This document shows positions 18,030-25,847 of a stretch of DNA of 32,000 nt, in pieces (the stretch's first letter is position 1; each line of letters starts with the position of its first letter). This DNA is from Nostoc punctiforme PCC 73102 (GTDB lineage: Bacteria > Cyanobacteriota > Cyanobacteriia > Cyanobacteriales > Nostocaceae), in NCBI RefSeq assembly GCF_000020025.1, contig NC_010628.1, positions 5,040,001-5,072,000 of the forward strand, written 5' to 3'. A model generated the notes under the pieces. It did not search any database. It worked only from the letters and a program-made list of their open reading frames with translations, and was not told where the DNA came from. The translations under genes and the position numbers were made by a program.

Positions 18030-18192
18030 GGACTGGGTATTGGGGAGTGGAGAAAAGGAAGGGGGGCAGGGGAGCAGGGAGCAGGGGGATAAAGAAAACA
18101 ACCCAATTCCCAATTCCCAATTCCCAATTTCCAATTCTCAATTCCCCATTCCCCATACCTAATCCAAAATCCAAAATCCAAAATCCAAAATT
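18028..18192 (+). repeat. Bipartite intercistronic repeat: G-run tract (18028-18088) plus 13 heptamers in perfect 7-nt register (18102-18192) abutting the zwf ATG
   Basis: The G tract reads GGGGGGcaGGGGagcaGGGagcaGGGGG. The heptamers are CCCAATT x4, TCCAATT, CTCAATT, CCCCATT, CCCCATA, CCTAATC, CAAAATC x3 and CAAAATT, followed by CCT-ATG. Confidence 0.9.
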
Positions 18193-18195
18193 CCT

Positions 18196-19725
18196 ATGGT
18201 TAGTCTGCTAGAAAATCCCTTGCGCGTTGGTCTGCAACAACAAGGGATGCCTGAACCCCAGATTATAGTTATCTTTGGCGCTTCTGGTGATCTCACCTGG
18301 CGCAAACTAGTGCCAGCACTTTACAAATTGCGGCGAGAACGGCGCATTCCACCAGAAACTACTATTGTTGGCGTAGCACGTCGAGAATGGAGCCATGAAT
18401 ACTTCCGCGAACAAATGCAGAAGGGCATGGAAGAGGCACATCCTGATGTCGATTTAGGGGAACTCTGGCAAGACTTCTCTCAAGGTCTCTTCTACAGTCC
18501 TGGAGATATAGACAACCCTGAAAGCTACCAGAAACTAAAAACCTTACTGAGTGAATTAGACGAAAAACGGGGCACGCGAGGCAATCGCATGTTCTACCTA
18601 TCGGTTGCCCCTTCATTCTTTCCCGAAGCAATTAAGCAGCTAGGAAGCGGCGGGATGCTAGAAGATCCCTACAAACATCGTCTAGTAATTGAAAAACCCT
18701 TTGGTCGGGACTTGGCTTCTGCCCAAAGCCTTAACCAAGTGGTACAGAAATATTGCAAAGAGCATCAAGTATATCGTATTGACCACTACTTGGGTAAAGA
18801 AACAGTCCAGAATTTGCTGGTGTTCCGCTTTGCCAATGCGATTTTTGAACCCTTGTGGAATCGTCAATTCGTTGACCACGTGCAAATTACCGTAGCAGAA
18901 ACCGTGGGCGTAGAAGACCGGGCTGGCTACTATGAAAGCGCCGGCGCACTGCGGGATATGTTGCAAAATCACCTCATGCAACTTTACTGCTTAACGGCGA
19001 TGGAAGCACCCAACGCAATGGATGCCGACAGCATCCGCACAGAAAAAGTGAAGGTACTCCAAGCTACTCGTTTAGCTGATGTTCACAATCTGTCGCGGTC
19101 AGCAGTCCGTGGGCAATACAGTGCTGGCTGGATGAAAGGTCAAGCAGTGCCAGGATATCGCACAGAACCAGGCGTTGACCCCAACTCCACCACACCCACT
19201 TATGTAGCGATGAAGTTTTTGGTGGATAACTGGCGCTGGAAAGGTGTTCCTTTCTACTTGCGGACTGGAAAGCGGATGCCGAAAAAAGTGAGTGAAATTG
19301 CAATTCACTTCCGCGAAGTTCCATCTCGGATGTTCCAATCTGCCGCTCAACAGACAAACGCCAATATTTTGACGATGCGGATTCAGCCAAATGAAGGTAT
19401 TTCCCTGCGTTTTGATGTCAAAATGCCGGGGGCAGAATTCCGCACCCGTTCCGTTGATATGGACTTTAGTTATGGTTCCTTTGGCATCCAAGCAACATCC
19501 GATGCCTACGATCGCTTATTCCTTGATTGTATGATGGGCGATCAAACATTGTTCACACGTGCAGATGAAGTAGAAGCAGCTTGGCAAGTAGTGACACCAG
19601 CCCTTTCCGTTTGGGATGCACCCGCCGATCCTACTACTATTCCCCAGTACGAAGCCGGGACTTGGGAGCCAGAACAAGCAGAACTCTTAATTAACCAGGA
19701 TGGCCGTCGCTGGCGCAGACTCTAA
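18196..19725 (+). CDS. zwf: Glucose-6-phosphate 1-dehydrogenase
   Basis: The protein has the NADP-binding site [13 protein letters not shown], the active-site motif RIDHYLGKE, and 509 aa of G6PD-typical sequence. Confidence 0.95.
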   Translation: MVSLLENPLRVGLQQQGMPEPQIIVIFGASGDLTWRKLVPALYKLRRERRIPPETTIVGVARREWSHEYFREQMQKGMEEAHPDVDLGELWQDFSQGLFYSPGDIDNPESYQKLKTLLSELDEKRGTRGNRMFYLSVAPSFFPEAIKQLGSGGMLEDPYKHRLVIEKPFGRDLASAQSLNQVVQKYCKEHQVYRIDHYLGKETVQNLLVFRFANAIFEPLWNRQFVDHVQITVAETVGVEDRAGYYESAGALRDMLQNHLMQLYCLTAMEAPNAMDADSIRTEKVKVLQATRLADVHNLSRSAVRGQYSAGWMKGQAVPGYRTEPGVDPNSTTPTYVAMKFLVDNWRWKGVPFYLRTGKRMPKKVSEIAIHFREVPSRMFQSAAQQTNANILTMRIQPNEGISLRFDVKMPGAEFRTRSVDMDFSYGSFGIQATSDAYDRLFLDCMMGDQTLFTRADEVEAAWQVVTPALSVWDAPADPTTIPQYEAGTWEPEQAELLINQDGRRWRRL

Positions 19726-19727
19726 AT

Positions 19728-19818
19728 ATTAGTCATTAGTCATAAGTCGTTAGTCACTAGTAAAAACAAATGACGAATGACAAATGACAAAATCCAAAAT
19801 CTCAAATCCAAAACTTCC
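19728..19818 (+). repeat. 13 heptamer units in 7-nt register filling the zwf-opcA spacer (STRR-type)
   Basis: The units are ATTAGTC ATTAGTC ATAAGTC GTTAGTC ACTAGTA AAAACAA ATGACGA ATGACAA ATGACAA AATCCAA AATCTCA AATCCAA AACTTCC, followed by T-ATG. The first units are the reverse complement of units 7-9. Confidence 0.9.
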
Positions 19819-19819
19819 T

Positions 19820-21181
19820 ATGGCTCTCCAAACTTCTACAATTTTTTCCCTCCAGGCACCGAAAGATATTTCGCTTAACGAAATAGATGCAGAACTGAAT
19901 CAAATTTGGCAAAGCTATGGCATAACTGGCGAGGACGGTGGACTTCCCAGTGCTACTAGAGCAACAACATTTACTTTAGTAGTCTACGAACCAGAAGAAA
20001 CTCAGTATTTGTTGGCTGCTTTAGGATTTTACAACGGCCCAATTGATGGGATTTTAGGGCCGCAAATGGCAGCAGCATTACGGGAAGTGCAAAAGAAACA
20101 TAAACTGCCAGAAACCGGAACAGCAACACAAGAAACTCTGACTATATTACGAGAAGAATTCGCTAAAGGTCAGCGAGGTGGGACTGGAGGAGAACATGCT
20201 ATTGCTGGGTTAAATAGCGGTAGCCCCAGAATTGCCGATGAAATCGCTCTCCGCAACCCCTGCCGCATCATTGCCCTATTTCCTATTACTGGCGAAGATG
20301 AAGGGGTTAAGGCTCAAGTTTCTGCCTATTGCCCCATCCAAAAGCAATCGTCAAGCACACTTATCTGCTGCGAATACATTACTCTGAGTGGAACTGCTGC
20401 TGCCTTAGAACGTATCGGTGGTATGATTCCAGCATTGTTGATTGGCGGTTTGCCGAAGTTTCTCTGGTGGAAGGCGACACCAGACCCTAACAACGGTCTA
20501 TTCAAACGCCTAGCAGCAATCTGCAATAATGTCATTGTCGATTCTTGCAACTTTAACGAGCCAGAAAGTGATTTACTCCGCCTAGAAGAGTTGGTAGAAG
20601 CTGGTGTACCTTTAGCGGATTTGAACTGGCGTCGCCTCGCATCATGGCAGGAATTGACAGCTGAAGCCTACGATTCGCCTAAGCGTCGTGCCGCCCTCAG
20701 AGAAATTGACCGCGTGACGATTGATTACGAAAAAGGCAATCCCGCCCAAGCTTTGCTGTTTTTGGGTTGGCTGGCAAGTCGATTGGAATGGCAACCAGTT
20801 TCTTATCAAAAGGAAAGCGGTGATTATGATATCACTCGCATCCATTTTATTTCTCAAGATCAACGACAAGTAGAAGCGGAGTTAGCAGGAGTTCCCGTTG
20901 CGGATGTGGGCGATATTATTGGTGACTTGATTGCCTTGCGTCTCAGTTCCACAAATCCCCAGGCAGACTGTGGTACAGTTATCTGCTCGGAAACTGGTGG
21001 TTGTATGCGGATGGAAACACATGGTGGTGCCCAATCTGCCGGTCTGTTTCAACAGGTAACTTCACTTTCAGAACAAAAAGCCGAAGCATTACTGAGTCAG
21101 CAGGTGCAACGCTGGGGTCGTGAGTCCCTTTTTGAAGAAAGTCTGGGAGTGACAGCGAATATTTTCAAATTGGCGAATTAA
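19820..21181 (+). CDS. opcA: OpcA, G6PDH assembly/allosteric effector protein, with an internal peptidoglycan-binding-like (PG_binding_1-type) segment
   Basis: MALQTSTIFSLQAPKDISLNEIDAELNQIW is a typical OpcA N-terminus, and the gene sits directly after zwf. The ATG at 19820 shares the TTCCTATGG context with the zwf start. The track start at 19784 lies inside the heptamer array. Confidence 0.9.
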   Translation: MALQTSTIFSLQAPKDISLNEIDAELNQIWQSYGITGEDGGLPSATRATTFTLVVYEPEETQYLLAALGFYNGPIDGILGPQMAAALREVQKKHKLPETGTATQETLTILREEFAKGQRGGTGGEHAIAGLNSGSPRIADEIALRNPCRIIALFPITGEDEGVKAQVSAYCPIQKQSSSTLICCEYITLSGTAAALERIGGMIPALLIGGLPKFLWWKATPDPNNGLFKRLAAICNNVIVDSCNFNEPESDLLRLEELVEAGVPLADLNWRRLASWQELTAEAYDSPKRRAALREIDRVTIDYEKGNPAQALLFLGWLASRLEWQPVSYQKESGDYDITRIHFISQDQRQVEAELAGVPVADVGDIIGDLIALRLSSTNPQADCGTVICSETGGCMRMETHGGAQSAGLFQQVTSLSEQKAEALLSQQVQRWGRESLFEESLGVTANIFKLAN

Positions 21182-21201
21182 CTTAGACCTAACCTCCTAC
21201 T

Positions 21202-21224
21202 CTGCTTCCCGCGTCGGGAAGCAG
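21202..21224 (+). terminator. Hairpin after opcA (possible operon terminator, no clear U-tract)
   Basis: CTGCTTCCC-GCGTC-GGGAAGCAG forms a perfect 9-bp stem 21 nt after the opcA stop. It is followed by GGCGGTTTCAT. Confidence 0.35.
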
Positions 21225-21424
21225 GGCGGTTTCATAAAAGCAGTAAAAAACTAAAACTGGGTTTCAAAGCCTCTGTTTGTTTTGAGGCTACAGTGTACAG
21301 ACAAATTATCCGATTCCCAAAAATCCTCAAAAATCTCACCCTGTCCAAATACTTGTCGGGTTTTAACGACTTGTGTATACACCGTAGCCGTTTTGGAGAG
21401 AGGAATGGAGGCGGGGTAAAAAGC

Positions 21425-21660
21425 AATACAGTTCAGATAAGCCCAAAACCCTCATCTAGAAACGCGATCTATCGCTCATATAGAGACGCGATTTATCGCG
21501 TCTTGAAAGACCAATTAACTATACCAATAACCTTTAACCCAAGCGTATTGAGATATAAGGCAATACGCTTGGGTTAAGCGCCACTTGTACAAAATCGTGG
21601 GTTTTGAGACGTGATAAATCGCCGTCTCTACAAGTGTTTTGGTTTTATCTGAACTGTATT
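21425..21660. mobile_element. MITE (236 bp) with ~25-bp terminal inverted repeats and a 12-bp flanking direct repeat
   Basis: The left end is AATACAGTTCAGATAAGCCCAAAAC, and the right end in reverse complement is AATACAGTTCAGATAAAACCAAAAC. GGGGTAAAAAGC lies immediately outside both ends (21413-21424 and 21661-21672). Internally there is a perfect 17-bp stem (21534-21550 / 21561-21577) and GAGACGCGATTTATCGCGTCT-type hairpins. Confidence 0.8.
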
Positions 21661-21711
21661 GGGGTAAAAAGCCGGATCACAATTTTTCTTTCTTCGTATA
21701 AAACCACCCTC

Positions 21712-21820
21712 AATACGGTTCGGATAAGCATTTTTCACTTTCCTTGTGGTCCGGGTAAAGGGGAAAGGGGAAAAGATGTATTCAAAACCTTTTCCCTTTA
21801 CCCTTTAACCGAACCGTATT
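21712..21820. mobile_element. Second, shorter MITE-like hairpin element with related termini
   Basis: The left end AATACGGTTCGGATAAGC resembles the neighbouring MITE terminus AATACAGTTCAGATAAGC. The right end CCGAACCGTATT is its inverse. The interior arms GGGTAAAGGGGAAAGGGGAAAAG and CTTTTCCCTTTACCC are complementary. Confidence 0.6.
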
Positions 21821-22133
21821 CAAACTATCCTGCCTTTTTAAAGGGACAACCAAAGTCAAAGTCCCCCTTTTTAAAGTGAATTTAGAGGATTCTAAATCTT
21901 TTGATACCAATCAGAGGACTTTTAAAACATCCTCTAATTGGTAAGAGGCTGATTACACTATTATCTATTGCTAGCAATGTTGGCAGGCTTTTCCTTAATT
22001 TGACTATCTAATTTGACTATATGACAAAAGTAATGTTTTTTACAAAAAATAGAAATTAAAGGGAACCTAATACTTTAGTAAGTGTCTCATTAATTAACAG
22101 TAATAAAAATAATTCTACTGGAGTTAAAAATTA

Positions 22134-23375
22134 ATGTTTACTTTTAATCGTTTGCAATCTGGAACAGCTGCACTCATGGCTTTGAGCGTCACAGCCGGCA
22201 CTGTAGCTCCTTTGATTATAGCTTCTCCATCTTTAGCTCAAACTACTTTTTCTGATGTTTCATCTAATTATTGGGCGGCACCATTTATTCAACAATTGTC
22301 ACAGCGTGGTGTAATTGCCGGATTTCCTGATGGTAGTTTCCGTCCTGAAGAAGCAGTGACACGCGCTCAATTTGCCGCTATGGTCAACAAAGCTTTCCAA
22401 AAATCACAGCAACGATCGCCAATCAACTTTGCTGACGTGCCCAGCAATTATTGGGCATCAAGTGCCATTCAGCAAGCTTATACCATTGGTTTCTTATCTG
22501 GATATCCCGGTAATCGCTTTGAGCCGAACCAAGCTATTCCTCGCCAACAGGTTTTAGTTTCCCTCGCTAACGGTCTGGAATATAGTCCCATCGGCAATAC
22601 CGAAAGTACTTTGCAATACTTCAACGATGCCTCTAACATCGCTAGCTATGCCCGTAGCCCGATCGCAGCCGCAACTGAAAAGCAAATCGTCGTGAACTAT
22701 CCTAATGTGAAGTTCCTAAATCCAACTGCAACCGCTACTCGCGCCCAAGTAGCAGCTTTTATCTACCAAGCACTGGTTAGTTCTAACCAAGCTTCAGCAA
22801 TTAACTCGCCTTATGTCGTGGCTGTCGGGTCTACTACCCCAACGCCTGTATCAGTCACAATTCCTCAAGGGACTGCTATTCCTGTGAAGTATGACAAGGC
22901 AGAAAAAATTCTGGTTACAAAGGATGAGACAGCGCCTTTGACGTTAACAGTATCCCAAAACGTAGTAACACAAGACGGATCTATAGTGATTCCGGCTGGT
23001 AGTCAAGTAATTGGTCAACTCAAGCCTGCTACAGGCGGTTCTCAATTCGTTGCCGAGAAACTGGTTTTGACCAATGGTCAGGAGTATCAACTTAACGCTA
23101 CTTCTGAAGTGATTACCAAAACTGAAACTGTCAAGAAGGGTACTAGTATTGGTTCAATTATCAAGGATACTGTATTGGGCGCAGGTGCAGCAACTGCGGT
23201 ATCTGCTGTAACTGGCGATCGCGCCATCGCCACAGAAGAAGTCTTGGGTGGCGCTGGTATCGGTGCATTGGTTGGTCTGTTTTTCGGTAAGAATAGTGTT
23301 GACTTAGTGGCAATTGACCCAAATACCGATTTACAAATGACCATCAATCAAAACTTGTTGGTTTCACTCAGATAG
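22134..23375 (+). CDS. S-layer homology (SLH) domain protein with signal peptide and C-terminal glycine-zipper segment
   Basis: The signal peptide is AALMALSVTAGTVAPLIIASPSLAQT. Three SLH-type units are present (FSDVSSNYWAAPFIQQL..., FADVPSNYWASSAIQQA..., FNDASNIASYARSPIAAA...). The C-terminus carries GAGAATAVSAVTG...GGAGIGALVGLFFG. Confidence 0.8.
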   Translation: MFTFNRLQSGTAALMALSVTAGTVAPLIIASPSLAQTTFSDVSSNYWAAPFIQQLSQRGVIAGFPDGSFRPEEAVTRAQFAAMVNKAFQKSQQRSPINFADVPSNYWASSAIQQAYTIGFLSGYPGNRFEPNQAIPRQQVLVSLANGLEYSPIGNTESTLQYFNDASNIASYARSPIAAATEKQIVVNYPNVKFLNPTATATRAQVAAFIYQALVSSNQASAINSPYVVAVGSTTPTPVSVTIPQGTAIPVKYDKAEKILVTKDETAPLTLTVSQNVVTQDGSIVIPAGSQVIGQLKPATGGSQFVAEKLVLTNGQEYQLNATSEVITKTETVKKGTSIGSIIKDTVLGAGAATAVSAVTGDRAIATEEVLGGAGIGALVGLFFGKNSVDLVAIDPNTDLQMTINQNLLVSLR

Positions 23376-23460
23376 TCATTGGTCATTGGTCATTAGTCTT
23401 TACAAATGACAAAGAACATAGACGCGCTAGCGGCTTCCCGCAGGGTAGGACAAATGACTA
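23376..23460. repeat. STRR heptamers (TTGGTCA type) plus a ~55-nt dispersed repeat, the inverted copy of 30505-30560
   Basis: The region begins GTCATTGGTCATTGGTCATTAGTC. The reverse complement of 23401-23460 matches TAGTCATTTGTCCTACCCTGCGGGAAGCCGCTAGCGCGTCTATGT at 30505 onward. Confidence 0.85.
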
Positions 23461-24804
23461 ATTTTGAACTTCCGGCAACCAAATAATAAAAGTAGTCCCC
23501 GGCGCATTGGGTGAAGTTAGCTTAGAGTTGATTGCAGGGCTGAAAACCTCGATTTTGCCCTGCATTTGCTCTATTAATTGTTTAGCGATCGCTAACCCTA
23601 AACCTGTGCCAGGGATTTCTGTTTGCGCTTGTACACCCCGATAATGCCGTTCTCCCAGATGTTCTAAATCTTCGGGTGGAATGCCAGGCCCGTTGTCACT
23701 GATCGCAATTCCCTGAAAATTAGCTTTTTCTTGCCCCGCCTGAATCAAAATTTTGCCACCAGTGGGAGTATATTTCAAAGCATTATCGATGATGTTAGTT
23801 AAAACTTCTCGTAATGCTTTGATATTGGCACGTACTAGGGGTGAATTTTCTTGAATTTCAGTTATTAGTTTTAGCTTTCGCTCTTGGGCGATCGCTTTGG
23901 CTGATATTAATAATGGTTCTAATATATCTGCTAACGAGCAGTCAACTGCTTTATCTCCTGTTCCCGGCAATAATAGCGGCGGTTTAGCGTCTTTTTGGAT
24001 AGTTGCTTCCACAAACACTTCATGTTCGGGTAGATGTAGTGGTGCTAAATCTGTCTCTGTCAAGTCTATTACTTGATCGAATTGTTGTAGCAATTCTTGG
24101 AGGCGATCGCTTTCTCGCACAATACTATTAGCCACATCCCGGTTGCTATCTCCTGGGCGCAGCCGCTTCAATAGCAGTTTCCCAAAAGTCCGCAATGCTG
24201 TTAATGGGTTACGAAACTGATGCAACAGGTTATCTAGCAAATCTCGCTGTTTTTCTTGGAGAATTTGTTGCTCACGCAACTGCTGCTCAAACCATGCACG
24301 GCGTTGATCTAAAATGCAAGCGATCGCTAATGTTTGGGCTATCTGTTGAATCTGACTTTCCTCATGCCCATTCCATGCCCGGTCTTGCCTACCCGTCACC
24401 AGTAACCCCATCATCACACCCTCATAAACCAGAGGTAAAACAATTTGGTTGCCACTAAAGAGGTATTCCTCTTTTAAATGGGGTTGAGATGCCTCAGATT
24501 CCTGTGACGAGGTTGGAGATTCCGATCCTGCTGTCAATAACCTTCTGCGATCGTTGGGTAATATAAACACATTTCCAACTTGAAGTTCCTTGTGTACTGT
24601 CGCCTCAGCAGTCTCGTCCCCTGGCGGTAATAATGCTGTTTCTGGATAAATTACCACAGGAATCAGTTTGGCCTCACCAGAAGGAGTCTCTACCAATTCT
24701 TGTGTCAGGTACACAATACTTAAAGTTGCTCCCAGCCCTTGGGTTAGCAGCGCTATTTGCTCTCGACACAGAGCAATAAAATCGGAACTGGCAGACATTA
24801 ACAT
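23458..24804 (-). CDS. GAF-domain sensor histidine kinase (Hik2/CSK-like soluble kinase)
   Basis: No TM segments are apparent. The N-terminal half is GAF-like. The H-box region is LLHQFRNPLTALRTFGKLL, and the HATPase_c motifs are NALKYTP, DNGPGIP and GTGLGLAIAKQL. Confidence 0.8.
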   Translation of the reverse strand: MLMSASSDFIALCREQIALLTQGLGATLSIVYLTQELVETPSGEAKLIPVVIYPETALLPPGDETAEATVHKELQVGNVFILPNDRRRLLTAGSESPTSSQESEASQPHLKEEYLFSGNQIVLPLVYEGVMMGLLVTGRQDRAWNGHEESQIQQIAQTLAIACILDQRRAWFEQQLREQQILQEKQRDLLDNLLHQFRNPLTALRTFGKLLLKRLRPGDSNRDVANSIVRESDRLQELLQQFDQVIDLTETDLAPLHLPEHEVFVEATIQKDAKPPLLLPGTGDKAVDCSLADILEPLLISAKAIAQERKLKLITEIQENSPLVRANIKALREVLTNIIDNALKYTPTGGKILIQAGQEKANFQGIAISDNGPGIPPEDLEHLGERHYRGVQAQTEIPGTGLGLAIAKQLIEQMQGKIEVFSPAINSKLTSPNAPGTTFIIWLPEVQN

Positions 24805-25003
24805 TTTTTAGCTCTTGCTCAAGATGACAGATTTTGAGGCATGATGATAAGAGAGGATACTTAATATTTACCTCACTCATTCAATAAAGCTTAACTAAAA
24901 TCTTCTTAGTGATGGTTTGTACCAAGGAATTATTTTCTTAGGTAATTTCGTTTTATATATTTTCAAAGATGTTAACTTTCTTGCATGAAAAGGTTAAAAA
25001 CTA

Positions 25004-25032
25004 TTGATATTTTGAACTAGAACTTATATAAT
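25004..25032 (+). promoter_or_regulatory. Sigma70-like promoter: TTGATA - 17 nt - TATAAT
   Basis: TTGATA is at 25004-25009 and TATAAT at 25027-25032. The -10 hexamer overlaps the ATG (25031) used by the ORF track. Confidence 0.4.
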
Positions 25033-25090
25033 GACGACGGATTTTGTAGCTAACACTACAATCTATAGCTTGAAAGAGGAGGACAATAGG

Positions 25091-25408
25091 TTGGCAAGGA
25101 GACGCAAAAGGAAAAGTCGCCGTCGTCAAGAAGGACGGCGGATTTTGGAACACGTGCCTCAATATAGCATCGAAAGTGGCGAAGAAAAACCTGTGACAGC
25201 AGCGAGAAGATTCATTCAAGCTGAAGGGATTTTGCCACCTGCGTTGCTACTCGTAAAGCGAAATGAACACACAACAGATCGTTATTTCTGGGCAGAAAAG
25301 GGACTGTTTGGTGCTCAATACGTAGAAGAAAACCATTTCTTGTTTCCGAGCTTGAGGGTATTAGAACCTTCGCCTGGTCAAGAACCTCTTGCTTTAGCTA
25401 GCCGGTGA
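25091..25408 (+). CDS. Small conserved cyanobacterial protein with arginine-rich N-terminus (DUF3155-like, from memory)
   Basis: The ORF 25031..25408 has good coding character (RILEHVPQYSIESGEEKPVTAARRFIQAEGILPPALLLVKRNEHTTDRYFWAEKGLFGAQYVEENHF). The preferred start is TTG 25091, preceded by GAGGAGG (25076-25082) at 8-nt spacing. The ATG at 25031 lies inside the putative -10 box. Confidence 0.6.
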   Translation: MARRRKRKSRRRQEGRRILEHVPQYSIESGEEKPVTAARRFIQAEGILPPALLLVKRNEHTTDRYFWAEKGLFGAQYVEENHFLFPSLRVLEPSPGQEPLALASR

Positions 25409-25717
25409 ACCATAAATGGTCATCTTACACATTGAGTGTGGCTCCTGACTATTCATTAACTGGCAAAATAGCTAAGTTTATGCAAAATTTAATTTTTTTT
25501 TAGTTTGGAGCTGATTTGCCAGTAAGGCTAGTCCAGGTAGTTGGAAAATAAACTAGTCTCAAAGCACGCTAGATTGCATGGGTTGATACTAGTGTCATGA
25601 TATGGAAGGGAGTGGGTATAAAGCCAAGCGCCTCCAAAAGCGCTAGTGAAGTTGCGCTCTTATGCCGTGAATTGTTAACCAAGCTCTGTCAACGAATTTA
25701 AGTTAATTAATTTAAAT

Positions 25718-25747
25718 TTCTCCCCACGACTTATATCGTGGGGAGAA
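25718..25747. other. Perfect 12-bp hairpin in a convergent intergenic region
   Basis: The hairpin is TTCTCCCCACGA-cttata-TCGTGGGGAGAA. It has an A/T-rich left flank and no clean U-tract on either strand. Confidence 0.7.
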
Positions 25748-25847
25748 TTGACAAAGCAGAAGTCTTGATTTCCTCCTTTTTACTTTTCATTGCCTAAAGA
25801 TTAGATCAGGTCAGAAGTCTGCATATCATAGTTAAAAAAACCAACAA

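Noticed and set aside
18102-18192. Heptamer arrays (also 1289-1365, 19728-19818, 30653-30694) considered as possible CRISPR or other spaced repeats
   Set aside because: The period is 7 nt with no unique spacers and no cas genes. This is the STRR class of cyanobacterial micro-repeats, not CRISPR.
21293-21879. Track ORFs 21293..21577 and 21604..21879 (94 and 91 aa)
   Set aside because: Both read straight through the MITE TIRs, hairpins and repeat arms (peptides such as RDAIYRV are typical translations of the GAGACGCGATTTATCGCGTCT repeat). They are not protein-coding.
24195-24880. Track ORFs 24195..24458 (+) and 24674..24880 (-)
   Set aside because: The first is antisense to the histidine-kinase gene. 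The second overlaps the kinase 5' end in another frame and extends into AT-rich promoter DNA. Neither has a supporting motif.
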